A DNA stretch of 64,000 nt from a virus: IMG/VR virus record IMGVR_UViG_3300011261_000048, positions 29,470-93,469 of that record; one strand, written 5' to 3'. Position 1 is the first letter of the stretch; every line of letters starts with the position of its first letter. Below are positions 53,759 to 64,000 of the stretch, piece after piece. The notes below the pieces were generated by a model that saw only the letters and a program-made list of their open reading frames with translations, was not told where the DNA came from and made no database searches. The translations under genes and the position numbers were made by a program.

Positions 53759-56464
53759 ATGGAGGGAAAAGATAAAGACACTAGGCTACTTGATTACTTT
53801 AAAGGTGATGAGTTAGCTGCTAGTGTATGGAAAGGAAAATATGCATTAGATAGTGAGGTAACTCCTGATGATATGCATAGAAGAATGGCAAAAGAATTTG
53901 CTAGGGTAGAGGATAAATATGAGTTTCAAAAGACTTATACTGAGGAGCAAACAAGTAATTTATCTGACTATGGTAAAATCCGTAAGGAGTTATTAGAAAA
54001 AGATATATATAACTTATTCAAAGATTTTAAATATATCATACCTCAAGGCTCAGTAATGAGTCAATTAGGGGCAGATTCTATTGGAAGTTTAAGTAATTGC
54101 TTTGTAGTGGGTCAACCTACTGATTCTTATGGAGGTATATTCCAGAAGGATCAGGAAATGGCTCAACTAATGAAACGTAGAGGTGGAGTAGGAATTGATA
54201 TTTCTCCACTTAGACCTGAAGGAGTAGCTACTAGTAATGCAGCTAAATCTAGTACTGGAGCTATAAGCTTTATGCATAGGTTTAGTAATACTACTAGAGA
54301 AGTTGCACAGAATGGTAGAAGAGGAGCATTGATGATATCTATTGATATTAATCATCCTGATGTAATGGAATTTATTAAAATTAAAAGAGATTTAAGTCAG
54401 GTAACTGGTGCTAATATTTCTATTAAACTTAATGATGAGTTTATGAAAGCTGTAGAAGCTGATGAAGATTATATTCTTAGATGGCCTTGTACTTTTGAAG
54501 AAAAGAATATACTTAAATACTTTCCTGAAGGGATGGAGTATAATAAATTAGCAAAACTTAATTTTGTAGACGCAGATGTTTACATTAAAAAGATTAAAGC
54601 TAAAGAGTACTATGATGAGATTATTAAGTCTGCTCATAATGTAGCTGAGCCTGGACTAATGTTCTGGAATAGAATGGTAAATTATTCTCCTGATGGAGTA
54701 TATCCTCAATTTAAACAGATAACTACTAATCCTTGTAGTGAAATAGGGATGCAACCTTATGATGCATGTAGATTAATTGCACATAACTTGTTCCACTATG
54801 TAACTAATGCTTTTACTAAGGAGGCTAAGTTTGACTTTAACCTATTCTATACTCATAATTATGAGGCAATGAGATTATCTGATGATTTAATTGACTTAGA
54901 AGTAGAGCATATAGATAGAATTCTAGCTAAACTTGCTAAAGACATTGAAGAAGATGTAGCTACAGGGGAGCTTTCTAGAGAAGAAGTAGAGCAAAACTAC
55001 TCAGTAGAAGTTAAACTATGGAATAAAGTTAAGAAAACAGCTCTTGCAAGTAGAAGAACTGGACTAGGAATTACTGGTTTAGGAGATACACTTGCAGCTT
55101 TAGGATTAAAGTATGATTCTGATGAAGGTTTAGAGATGATTAAGACTATTATGCATACTAAAATGGAATCTGAATTAGACTGTACTATTGATATGGGTAT
55201 CTTAAGAGGTACTTTTGATGGATGGGATAGTTCTTTGGAATACTTAGGAGTTACAGATGGTCATACATCAGGTGCTTATGAAGGTACTAATCCGTTTTAT
55301 CAGTTTTTATTGAACACGTTTCCAGAACAAGTTCAAAAAATGTATAAATATGGGCGTAGAAATGTGTCTTGGAGCACAGTAGCACCAACAGGTAGTTTAT
55401 CTATTATGGCTAAGGCTATTGTACATTGTAACTTATCTTCAGGATTAGAACCTGTATTTGCACCTTATTATATGCGTAGAAAGAAAGTTAATCCTGGCCA
55501 AGAAGGTTCTAGAGTTGATTTTACTGACCAGAATGGAGATACTTGGCAAGAGTATCCTGTAATGATGGGAGCTTTTAAGGATTGGTTAATAGTAAACGGT
55601 AAAGCAGGAGTTACTGAAGCAGGTAATTTTGATTATCAAGAAGGAGTAGATAATTGGCAACTTTGTATTAATGATAAAGTTATTACTAATCCTACTATAG
55701 AAGAATGCTATGAATTATCTCCTTGGTTTGGAGCTACTGCACCAGATATAGATTGGGTAAGAAGAGTTGAAATACAAAGTGTTATACAACAGTATATTAC
55801 GCATAGTATATCCTCAACTATTAATTTACCTGAAGATGTAACTGAAGCAGAGGTAGCTGAAATCTACTTAGAGTCCTGGAAAATGGGACTTAAAGGTATT
55901 ACTGTTTATAGAGATGGTTCAAGGTCTGGAGTGTTAGTTTCTAATGATGCTAAATCTACTGATAGTTTTGATTATGTAGATGCTGTGAAAAGGCCTACAG
56001 AATTAATAGGCCATGTACATAATAGTACTACTAAAGATGTAGCATACAAAATCATTGTAGGTTTAATGGATGATAAGCCATATGAAATCTTTATTGATGA
56101 ATCTGATAATCAAATGTCAGGAGTAGGAGTTATTCTAAAGAAAGCTAGAGGTGACTATTACTTTAAGAAAGGAGATGTTACTGTGGATATTAGTAGTAAT
56201 ATGACTGATGAACAGGCAGCTATTACTAGATTAGTGAGTACTAGTTTAAGACACAGAGCTGATATCAAGTTTATTGTAGAACAACTACGTAAAGCTGATG
56301 GTGATATGTTTAGTTTTACTAAATCTTTAGCAAGAGTACTTAAGAAGTATATTCCTGAAGGGGCAAAATCAACAGTAAGCTGTAATGATTGTGGTTCAGA
56401 AAATGTAATATTTCAAGAAGGATGTAATCTATGTTTGGAATGCGGAAGCTCTAAATGTGGGTAG
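53759..56464 (+). CDS. nrdJ: Class II (adenosylcobalamin) ribonucleotide reductase
   Basis: SNCFV, RRGALM, TNPCSE, VAPTG, KGITVYRDGSR; C-terminal EGC..C..CG.SKC; no small subunit nearby. Confidence 0.92.
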   Translation: MEGKDKDTRLLDYFKGDELAASVWKGKYALDSEVTPDDMHRRMAKEFARVEDKYEFQKTYTEEQTSNLSDYGKIRKELLEKDIYNLFKDFKYIIPQGSVMSQLGADSIGSLSNCFVVGQPTDSYGGIFQKDQEMAQLMKRRGGVGIDISPLRPEGVATSNAAKSSTGAISFMHRFSNTTREVAQNGRRGALMISIDINHPDVMEFIKIKRDLSQVTGANISIKLNDEFMKAVEADEDYILRWPCTFEEKNILKYFPEGMEYNKLAKLNFVDADVYIKKIKAKEYYDEIIKSAHNVAEPGLMFWNRMVNYSPDGVYPQFKQITTNPCSEIGMQPYDACRLIAHNLFHYVTNAFTKEAKFDFNLFYTHNYEAMRLSDDLIDLEVEHIDRILAKLAKDIEEDVATGELSREEVEQNYSVEVKLWNKVKKTALASRRTGLGITGLGDTLAALGLKYDSDEGLEMIKTIMHTKMESELDCTIDMGILRGTFDGWDSSLEYLGVTDGHTSGAYEGTNPFYQFLLNTFPEQVQKMYKYGRRNVSWSTVAPTGSLSIMAKAIVHCNLSSGLEPVFAPYYMRRKKVNPGQEGSRVDFTDQNGDTWQEYPVMMGAFKDWLIVNGKAGVTEAGNFDYQEGVDNWQLCINDKVITNPTIEECYELSPWFGATAPDIDWVRRVEIQSVIQQYITHSISSTINLPEDVTEAEVAEIYLESWKMGLKGITVYRDGSRSGVLVSNDAKSTDSFDYVDAVKRPTELIGHVHNSTTKDVAYKIIVGLMDDKPYEIFIDESDNQMSGVGVILKKARGDYYFKKGDVTVDISSNMTDEQAAITRLVSTSLRHRADIKFIVEQLRKADGDMFSFTKSLARVLKKYIPEGAKSTVSCNDCGSENVIFQEGCNLCLECGSSKCG

Positions 56465-56675
56465 TATGCCAGAAAAGAAGTATAGATACTTTTTTCATTG
56501 GGTAAGACAGACAGATAAATGGTCTGTACATTTTAGGAATCAGTGCATTCATGCTACTGACCTAGAATGTAACTTACCTTGTGAAAGTAAGAAGAATAAA
56601 AGACAACCCTACAGAGTAATGCAAGGTTTCGCAACTTCTGTAGAAGTAATTAATGATAAAATAGTTATAAAATGA
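56457..56675 (+). CDS. Hypothetical protein
   Basis: 72 aa; overlaps the RNR stop. Confidence 0.65.
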   Translation: MGSMPEKKYRYFFHWVRQTDKWSVHFRNQCIHATDLECNLPCESKKNKRQPYRVMQGFATSVEVINDKIVIK

Positions 56676-56746
56676 CTTATACATATTTAGGCACTGCGTG
56701 CTGGATATACACGGAATATTTACGGAACATTAACGAAACTAAAAAG

Positions 56747-56774
56747 AAAAAGGGGAATTAACTTCCCCTTTTTT
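56747..56774. terminator. Bidirectional terminator at the convergence of the replication and RNAP modules
   Basis: AAAAAGGGGAA-TTAAC-TTCCCCTTTTTT. Confidence 0.85.
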
Positions 56775-56799
56775 GACTTTTCTAAATTTTTTGACTTTT

Positions 56800-59700
56800 C
56801 TACTGTAGTAAGAAATCTAATGATTCTTTAGCAGTTCTGTCTAGTTGTTTCCATACAGGTACTAACTTAGTTAATCTTCTTTTAATTTTAAGCTCATCTT
56901 TACGTCTACCTGATTTGTATCTTTCTGCATCTCCACCTGTAATTACAGCAAAAGAATCACTTCCAGCTTGCATAATTAACTCTAGTCCTGCCTCTACAGT
57001 ACTTAAGCCTACTGCAGGACTTCTTAATGTTCTTACTCCTTCAATAGGATTAGCAAATGTTGTAAGTTCAGAGTATAAACGTCTAGCGTATAATGCTACA
57101 TATACATCTTCAGGGTCATCTCCATCTGCAGCTAAGTTGTAAACTAATAATGCTAATACAGCAAACCCTACTTCAGCTATAGCAGTTTTAATTCTACCTC
57201 TTTCCGCATCAGTAAGATTATTCCAATTTTCAGGAACAGTCTGAATCTTCATAGTTTTCAAATCACCCTTAAGATGCCATAGAAATCTCATAGTAGTAGT
57301 ATAAGTACCTTCTTCAAATTGACCTGTTTCCAAGTTAAAGGACTTTCTATCTATATCTTCTTCTCCTAATTTAGTGTTTATATTTCCAAATCCTCTCCAT
57401 CTTTTTTGAATACCTGGAATTAACCATCCTCTCATCTTAAGCATTTGATTTCCTACTACGTGTCTTTGGATAGCAGCTTTATTAGAAGCATCGTAGTTAC
57501 CATAGTAGTCTCTATTAGATCTTCTAATCAACTTACTTATCTTTCTCATATCTTCCATACCTACACCAGGAGTTCTATCCGTACTAGTTACGGAAGGGTG
57601 TAAATCTAATTCACCTTTTTCATTAATTACATAAGCAGTATCTAATGAAATAGCTTCATCTCTATTATCTGTAGGTGTAAAATCCTTAGTTAAGTATTTA
57701 CCGTTAGCATTTCTTACTTTAATGTTATCTAAAATAGAGTACATAACTACACTTTGAACATAGTGTTCCCCCATAGCCTGCATACCCATTAGAGTACCTG
57801 TATTAGCCATCCTTTTAGCGGTGTTATTATCTACAAATCTTTTATCTAAAGCGTGGTACTCAGAAAAGGCATTGAATAGTTCAACTAGTTTATTAGTCTT
57901 ACTTTTAGGTACTCTTTGCCCTATATCTCCTATAATACCAACATCGTCTAAATGGTACTTAGCTATAGCATTAGCTTTATTTTTAATACCAAATAAGCCA
58001 GTAGAATTACCCATAGCTTCTATAGTAGACATAGTAGTACCTTGTAAAACATTGGTTACTGCTGAAATATGGTTAACTGCCATTCCTATTATAGAAGAGT
58101 AGTTCCCAAGAGAACCTACTACCTTAGCTACACCAGGATCACCTTCTATATTAATACCATATACTCTATGTCTAATTAAGTGGTCCAAGGTTTTAACTAT
58201 ATTACTGCCTTCTGCAGATTCAGTTACTTCTCTACCTAATGTACCTTTTATTGTTTTAGTAATCTTAGTAAAATTAGCCTTCTTTTTTATGTCTGCAGCA
58301 GATACTACTTCTTTAAGTACATCTAATACTACAGCAGATTCTGTTTTTAATTTATAGTTTAAAGAGTTATGGTAATCTAGTAGTATAGAGGATACTACAT
58401 CTTTACTTAAATCTTTACTATCTATTTTCTGTCTGTAGAAAATAGGTATAGTTTCTCTTTCTTTACCTGATTCACTAACAACTACTTCTTTTACTTTTTT
58501 ACCGTCTACTTCCTCTACAGTACTTAAATCTATATTTCCAAACTCAGTATCCTCTGCCCTTACTTTGAAATGGTCAATAGTACCTTGCTTTAAAGTCTCT
58601 AACACACCATTAGAATAGGCTCTTTCTATATTACTTTTATTAATAGAAGGTAAACCATACCCAAGTTTAGCTCTTTTAGGTACTAATGCCTCTTTTTCTT
58701 CTATTAGCTCACTTAATATAGAATGTAACTCCCATACTGCAGTACCTTCATACTCTTTTTTAAATTCTACCCATCCTTTAACCTTTTTATTAATAATCTG
58801 GTTATCAGATGTAAGTAATACACTATATTGGTTTGCAGGATTACCAGATTTACCTACTTGCTTAATAAAAGCTTGGTTAGCAAATTCTAATCTGTCTCTA
58901 GCGGATATAGTTTTCTTTTGTATTTCCCAGTCTGCTTTATCTAATTGGTCTACAGCTAAAGATATAATATCATTATTCATATCTTTAGGGTTGACAGCAT
59001 ATGAAATAATACTATTAACATCTACAGTTTTTAGAAGCATATCATTAAGATAATCCTCAGTAGCATATTGGATACGTACTGCATTATCCATCATATAGTT
59101 GTCTATATACTCCTTCTTGGCTTCAGCTAACTGTTTACCACTAAGTCCTTGCTCCTTATATCTGTCTTTTTCCTCAGCAGTAAATTTTCTTTCTGCTTTA
59201 ACTCTCTCTTCTGCCTCTATTTTGGCAAAATGCGGAGCAAATTGAGAAGCTAATGATTCTCTAGCTAGTACTATAAAGTCATTTTTAATTCCCTTTCTTA
59301 TAGTAGATATGTCATTTACTATGGCGTAATCTTTTTTATGCTTAGGATCATTGAAAAACTCTTCTTTGATATCATCAATAATAGAAAAACTCTGAATAAA
59401 TTCATTAATCTGCTTTAGTTTATCTAAAGAAGGTGTATCTTCTTTCTTAAGTTCCGCCATCCACTTCTTAGCTGAAGATGACATTCTATTACCTGCTAAG
59501 ATAAATCTGTGTAAAGCTATATCAGCACTATTACTATTCATTTCTGCTAGTAATTCTCTGAATTCCTTTTCAGCATCAGTTAAAGTTTCATTTCCTTGCA
59601 TTATATTACCTAACTTCTTAATCTTAAGCTCTATAATAGTTTTACTTTTCTGTAAGATAATATCTCTTTCCCTTAGATATTCAGTAGTACCTGGAGTGTA

Positions 59701-59880
59701 AGATTCTTCTTTAGGTGCTATACCTTCTTCTTGTTCTACTTTAGTAAGAATATCAGTAGGATAGGCTCCGTCTAAACTATCCCATTCTATAAAAGCTTTT
59801 TCTGTAACTCCGTTATGTTTCTCTACTAAGAGTTGCCATTCTCTAGTTTTTTTATTAGGGCATCTTGTTTTATTACTCAT
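56800..59880 (-). CDS. Large virion (cargo/ejection) protein
   Basis: 1026 aa helical ORF downstream of the virion RNAP, as in crAss-like phages. Confidence 0.7.
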   Translation of the reverse strand: MSNKTRCPNKKTREWQLLVEKHNGVTEKAFIEWDSLDGAYPTDILTKVEQEEGIAPKEESYTPGTTEYLRERDIILQKSKTIIELKIKKLGNIMQGNETLTDAEKEFRELLAEMNSNSADIALHRFILAGNRMSSSAKKWMAELKKEDTPSLDKLKQINEFIQSFSIIDDIKEEFFNDPKHKKDYAIVNDISTIRKGIKNDFIVLARESLASQFAPHFAKIEAEERVKAERKFTAEEKDRYKEQGLSGKQLAEAKKEYIDNYMMDNAVRIQYATEDYLNDMLLKTVDVNSIISYAVNPKDMNNDIISLAVDQLDKADWEIQKKTISARDRLEFANQAFIKQVGKSGNPANQYSVLLTSDNQIINKKVKGWVEFKKEYEGTAVWELHSILSELIEEKEALVPKRAKLGYGLPSINKSNIERAYSNGVLETLKQGTIDHFKVRAEDTEFGNIDLSTVEEVDGKKVKEVVVSESGKERETIPIFYRQKIDSKDLSKDVVSSILLDYHNSLNYKLKTESAVVLDVLKEVVSAADIKKKANFTKITKTIKGTLGREVTESAEGSNIVKTLDHLIRHRVYGINIEGDPGVAKVVGSLGNYSSIIGMAVNHISAVTNVLQGTTMSTIEAMGNSTGLFGIKNKANAIAKYHLDDVGIIGDIGQRVPKSKTNKLVELFNAFSEYHALDKRFVDNNTAKRMANTGTLMGMQAMGEHYVQSVVMYSILDNIKVRNANGKYLTKDFTPTDNRDEAISLDTAYVINEKGELDLHPSVTSTDRTPGVGMEDMRKISKLIRRSNRDYYGNYDASNKAAIQRHVVGNQMLKMRGWLIPGIQKRWRGFGNINTKLGEEDIDRKSFNLETGQFEEGTYTTTMRFLWHLKGDLKTMKIQTVPENWNNLTDAERGRIKTAIAEVGFAVLALLVYNLAADGDDPEDVYVALYARRLYSELTTFANPIEGVRTLRSPAVGLSTVEAGLELIMQAGSDSFAVITGGDAERYKSGRRKDELKIKRRLTKLVPVWKQLDRTAKESLDFLLQ

Positions 59881-59881
59881 A

Positions 59882-62800
59882 TTATACGTTTATACAGAAT
59901 TTTAAATTATCTACTGCTTCTGATTTACTCATTTCCTTTTTCTTAGCTTTACTTGCTGTATCATCATACTCAGATACTGGTACATTCACAGGCATAGTAG
60001 CATTTAAATAAGGCATAATCTCTGCAGGTAAAGTTACATTATTTTCTTTGAATAACGAAACCTTATCTGTTTTACCCATGTATTCTTTAATAACTACACC
60101 TTTATTATTGTATCCTAACTTATTAGTCCTAACATATACAGCGTTACCTTTTTCAGTAGTACCTGCATTTTGAAATAAGTCACCATTCTTAGTTTTTACA
60201 AATCTCTTGAACACATATTTACCATTAGCATCTAGTCCAGCAACATAGTTAGTCCCTTTTTCAGGAGTAAGTATAAATCCTACTGAAGTAGGTATTTCTA
60301 CTTTGTTATCTACTGTCTTCATTCTGAAGTAAACTTTATCACTAACTGTAGGTACTAGTTGGTCATTACTAGATAAATGTTTGTATATACTATCCATTTT
60401 ACCTTCTAGAAATTTAGGATTAGAATATTCACCTATTTTATGTTTAATCTGATCTGAGAAGTGTTTATCAGATAAGAATTGCATAGGGATATGCTCATAG
60501 AAACTGCCTATTGCTTTAGACATACCAGAAGCGTAGAAAGAGTATAACATTAAGTCATCTGCCAAGTAATGATTTTCAGACTTAAGTTCTTCCCAAGCTA
60601 GGTATAAATCATCTTTAGCCTCTTTTAATGCTTCTCCTTTTGGTAAAAATATAGCACTAGGCTTATTTTTATCTCCTGCTCTAACTTCTAAAGCATTTAT
60701 TAATGCATTATCTTTATGTACACCATACTTAGCTTCAAGTAGTCTTTCAGCTAAAGATGCTTCTTCTGAATTACCAAATAGTAATCTATGAAGTCCTATT
60801 TGTCCTTCACTATACTTAGACCCTTCTTTAACATCTGCAGCTATATCAAATGCTGAAGTATCAGTAGCAGTCATAGCATAAGCTTCATTCTTAATGGCAC
60901 TATCTACTTCTTCACTTTGAGCTCCAGGAGTTAAATATACATACCCAGACATTGAAGCCATAAGGTCAGTTAAGTTTTCTACTGCAGGTGAATTAGATAC
61001 AAACATACCTTCATACATTATTCTAGCAGCTCTAACTGAGTTAGCAAAATAAGTACCTGTCATTCTAGAACCATTAAATACTGCTTCACCATTAACTACA
61101 TCATAGCCCATTAACTTATCTACATTACCTACTGCATCATCAGCAATAACTTTTCTTAGTAAGTTCTCAGTAAGCTTAGCAGTACCTTGATTCTTAGTAG
61201 CACCGTCAGTATCTGATTTAGATATCTTAACTACTTCATTAAGTTGCTTAGCTTTCTTTTGCCATTCTAGGAATTGCCCTAATATTTTAATCTGCTCTGC
61301 TTTATTTACTTCTCCTACAGTTAAATTAGCTTGTAACTCTTCAGTAGTAGTAGAAATCTCATCCATATACTTCATATTTATATCATGGATATTACCTTTA
61401 AAATCATAATCTGCTAATAGTACATCTAAAGGCTTGATAATCTCACCTTTAGCGTTTCTGCCCTTTTTAGCAAATTTACCTTCAGCATCAGCAGTATAAG
61501 CCACTAGTTCTTTAAGTATAGGTTGTCCCATAAAAGATACAATCCATTCTCTACTAATTCCTGCTCTAGCCATCATAAAAGCTGTGTTAGCAGTAAACTG
61601 GTTAATATTAGCTCTAGTAATATAAGGGTCTTTAGCAGCATCAACAATAGCATTCATAAATGCTCCTAAAGTATTAGCTACATTATTATCATTTTCATCT
61701 ACTTTATTAGAAAGCGATGTATTATTTCCTACTTTAACTCCTTTACCTAAGTAGTAGTCATTAAAATACAGACCTTCAGATAAAGCTAAAGAGTGGTGAG
61801 TCATGTGATTAGCAATTGTACCTACTAATGACTTAGCACTATCAAATGTAGCTTTAGTTTTCATCTGATTATTACCAGTGAAGAATTGCAAGTTTTTAAG
61901 TTTCTCCTTAACAGGGAAAATCTTAGTAGCTAACTTCTCTAACCATGGATCATCTAATGGAGCCATAACAGCAGCATAAGCTGAAGGATGCATAAGCATA
62001 TCTCGCATCATTTCTAATCTCTGGTTTTCTAATCCTTTAGGACTATTATCTTTTACATAGAATACTCTACCTTCTTTATCAATACTAAAGTTAGGTAAAA
62101 TAACAAATGCCTTATCAATATCAAAATCGGAACCTGTTTTAGTAGTAATAGCAGAGTAAGCTACCATAGTATCTCCAGCTTCTTCTGGTAATATACCTAC
62201 AATTTCAAAAGCATCATTAGATGATGGGCCTTGATTAGGAATACGGTAAGAGAAACCTTCTAATACTTCTTTAGGTATTAACTTCATAATTTCACTATGA
62301 GTCATACCTTTAATATCTATATTTTGTTTCTTTAACTCTTTAGCTAAATAACTATGAGGCATTAAGATTTGTGCAGGATGTACTACACCTTCTTCATCTA
62401 TTCTCATAGGTTGAAGTCTTTCTTTAGGGTCTTTAAGCCAAACAATACCATCTTTAACTTTAGAATCCATATCTACTTCAGTACCTACAAATCCAAAATC
62501 AGATAACTGTACCATTGCTCCACCTAATTGCTTAAGTTTTACAGACTTTTTAGTTAACATTGCGTGTAACTTATTCTGTATCTTCTTAGAAATAGGTAAT
62601 GCATCTAAATTAATACCTCCTAAAATAGCGTCAATGTGGTTATCAGAAATCTCTCCTGCAAATTCATTAGCAAGTAGCTGTCTAAGAGCCTTATCATTTA
62701 TACCAGTTTCTTCAGAATAACCAATTGTCTTTTTATAAGAGTTAAGTCCTATGTCAGATAATTGGGAAATTACTTCATGGTATTTATCTATTAAATCTCT

Positions 62801-64000
62801 ACCATTAATTTCTCCATACATTTCATTTGGATTAACTACAGATAGTACATTCTTTACACCTTGAGAGCCTACTACAGTTTGTTTAGTACCTTTAGTAGAT
62901 AAATCTTGCTGTAGGAATAGTCTTCTATAAGATAACTTAGTAGAATTAAAAGTAGGATTGGCTACAATATTACCATTTCCATCAGAAATATCTGTAATAC
63001 CAACTCCACCTGCTTTCTTACCATCTAGTACAATAACGTGGTCTGGGCCACCTTTAGATATTAACTTACCATTACTATCAAATTTATCTTCTGCTTCCAT
63101 TGCTAATCTTAGGTTCTCTAACTGAGTACCTTTAGTCATAATAGGAAGTAAAACTGCTTCAGATTGTTTATTATAATGTAACGACATTACATCATTATTA
63201 GTCTTAACTAACTCATTATGAACAGTCTTTAGAGGCATAGCTAATAATTTAACTTGCTCTGGAGTAGGTGTTTCATCTGTAGCATACATAGCAGCATATG
63301 CATCTTCATGTGCTGGGGACCATTTTCCTAATCCTAGTAATCTTTCTTTATAGACAGGTAAAGTAATCCAAGCTTGTGCATCAGTTACATTTACTCCTAG
63401 ATAAGGTTTAAATAACTTCTCAAGTTCACTAACTGGTAGATTAGTAGCTTTACTAATTCTTTCTAAATTACCTTTATTGAATTTACCATCTTCTCCAGCA
63501 AAAAACTCAGAACCAATACCATCAATATTAGCTACTGTAGCTGAATTGTAGAAAGACCTAACTGCAGGAGTACCATTAGAATGGTTATATATTCTAAAGT
63601 CTTTACCTGAAGCACTAGTAGAAGGAATTCTTTTTCTAAAGTCTCCAAACATATCTACGTCTGCCCATTGAACTGTATTCTCTGGAGTAGATGGTTTACT
63701 AGCATCTATAAGTGTACCTACTTCTTTAATTTCTTTTACTTTAAACAATGCAGGGTCACCATTAAACATCTTAGTTTGTTCAACATTCCCTATTAAAGAG
63801 TTAAGTACATAATCACCCATCACAGCAAATACATCTCCACCTTTTTCATTTAATTGGTTTAAATCTATTAATCTATTAGTTAACTTACCATTATCAAAGT
63901 TTAATAAACCTGCTTCTATAGCAGTACCTATCTCAGCTCTAACTAAGTCTATAAAAGAAGTACCTAAGAAGTCTTTAACTTCAGGATTATTATCTAAGTA
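59882..64000 (-). CDS. Virion RNA polymerase (crAss-like), 5' end beyond window
   Basis: YRIPNQ and catalytic GSDFDIDK motif; frame checked open from 63823 to 64000. Confidence 0.92.
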   Translation of the reverse strand, partial: YLDNNPEVKDFLGTSFIDLVRAEIGTAIEAGLLNFDNGKLTNRLIDLNQLNEKGGDVFAVMGDYVLNSLIGNVEQTKMFNGDPALFKVKEIKEVGTLIDASKPSTPENTVQWADVDMFGDFRKRIPSTSASGKDFRIYNHSNGTPAVRSFYNSATVANIDGIGSEFFAGEDGKFNKGNLERISKATNLPVSELEKLFKPYLGVNVTDAQAWITLPVYKERLLGLGKWSPAHEDAYAAMYATDETPTPEQVKLLAMPLKTVHNELVKTNNDVMSLHYNKQSEAVLLPIMTKGTQLENLRLAMEAEDKFDSNGKLISKGGPDHVIVLDGKKAGGVGITDISDGNGNIVANPTFNSTKLSYRRLFLQQDLSTKGTKQTVVGSQGVKNVLSVVNPNEMYGEINGRDLIDKYHEVISQLSDIGLNSYKKTIGYSEETGINDKALRQLLANEFAGEISDNHIDAILGGINLDALPISKKIQNKLHAMLTKKSVKLKQLGGAMVQLSDFGFVGTEVDMDSKVKDGIVWLKDPKERLQPMRIDEEGVVHPAQILMPHSYLAKELKKQNIDIKGMTHSEIMKLIPKEVLEGFSYRIPNQGPSSNDAFEIVGILPEEAGDTMVAYSAITTKTGSDFDIDKAFVILPNFSIDKEGRVFYVKDNSPKGLENQRLEMMRDMLMHPSAYAAVMAPLDDPWLEKLATKIFPVKEKLKNLQFFTGNNQMKTKATFDSAKSLVGTIANHMTHHSLALSEGLYFNDYYLGKGVKVGNNTSLSNKVDENDNNVANTLGAFMNAIVDAAKDPYITRANINQFTANTAFMMARAGISREWIVSFMGQPILKELVAYTADAEGKFAKKGRNAKGEIIKPLDVLLADYDFKGNIHDINMKYMDEISTTTEELQANLTVGEVNKAEQIKILGQFLEWQKKAKQLNEVVKISKSDTDGATKNQGTAKLTENLLRKVIADDAVGNVDKLMGYDVVNGEAVFNGSRMTGTYFANSVRAARIMYEGMFVSNSPAVENLTDLMASMSGYVYLTPGAQSEEVDSAIKNEAYAMTATDTSAFDIAADVKEGSKYSEGQIGLHRLLFGNSEEASLAERLLEAKYGVHKDNALINALEVRAGDKNKPSAIFLPKGEALKEAKDDLYLAWEELKSENHYLADDLMLYSFYASGMSKAIGSFYEHIPMQFLSDKHFSDQIKHKIGEYSNPKFLEGKMDSIYKHLSSNDQLVPTVSDKVYFRMKTVDNKVEIPTSVGFILTPEKGTNYVAGLDANGKYVFKRFVKTKNGDLFQNAGTTEKGNAVYVRTNKLGYNNKGVVIKEYMGKTDKVSLFKENNVTLPAEIMPYLNATMPVNVPVSEYDDTASKAKKKEMSKSEAVDNLKFCINV

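Noticed and set aside
9340-56464. Inteins in TerL, PolA, DnaB or RNR
   Set aside because: Normal lengths and no intein splice motifs seen
20229-58102. Opposite-strand or nested ORFs in the early, replication and RNAP modules (e.g. 20229, 21763, 26362, 26555, 26827, 27113, 27890, 29769, 30364, 31116, 31829, 40959, 41863, 42826, 46038, 47299, 49657, 51359, 53326, 53456, 54167, 56915, 57821)
   Set aside because: Overlap stronger genes or RNA elements and lack motifs
1-64000. Stop-codon reassignment as in some crAss-like phages
   Set aside because: Long genes are intact in the standard code, TAG and TGA end genes, no suppressor tRNA seen; the three split genes are explained by introns
1-64000. 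CRISPR array, DGR or reverse transcriptase
   Set aside because: No regularly spaced repeats, RT motifs or template/variable repeat pair seen

Overview
This is an AT-rich fragment of a crAss-like (Crassvirales) phage genome infecting a Bacteroidota host, probably Flavobacteriaceae-like. It uses the standard genetic code. Minus strand 1-17.9 kb is the late/virion module: collagen-like fibre, major capsid protein, portal, TerL, GroEL/GroES, an Acb2/Tad1-like protein, IHF, a GIY-YIG nuclease and three tRNAs, driven by host-type TAnnTTTG promoters. Plus strand 18.2-33.8 kb is an early accessory region of small ORFs, a tmRNA and an unusual density of structured non-coding elements, several of them tRNA mimics. 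Plus strand 34-56.7 kb is the replication module: PolA, SF2 and DnaB helicases, primase, RusA, 5'-3' exonuclease, a divergent UNG and class II RNR. It also carries three group I introns and a complete Ubl-E2-JAB-E1 ubiquitin-like operon. Minus strand 56.8-64 kb holds giant virion proteins including the DFDID virion RNA polymerase, which is cut by the window edge. Best leads: (1) a leader-peptide attenuator whose Pro/Phe/Gln codons match, in order, the Pro/Phe/Gln tRNA genes downstream; (2) the phage ubiquitin-like conjugation operon with an intron-split E1; (3) a circularly permuted tRNA mimic and an anticodon-less tRNA mimic; (4) an early protein carrying an 11-residue copy of the capsid N-terminal motif; (5) an attC-like element that splits an ORF. 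All calls come from reading motifs and base-pairing by eye; no searches or folding programs were run.
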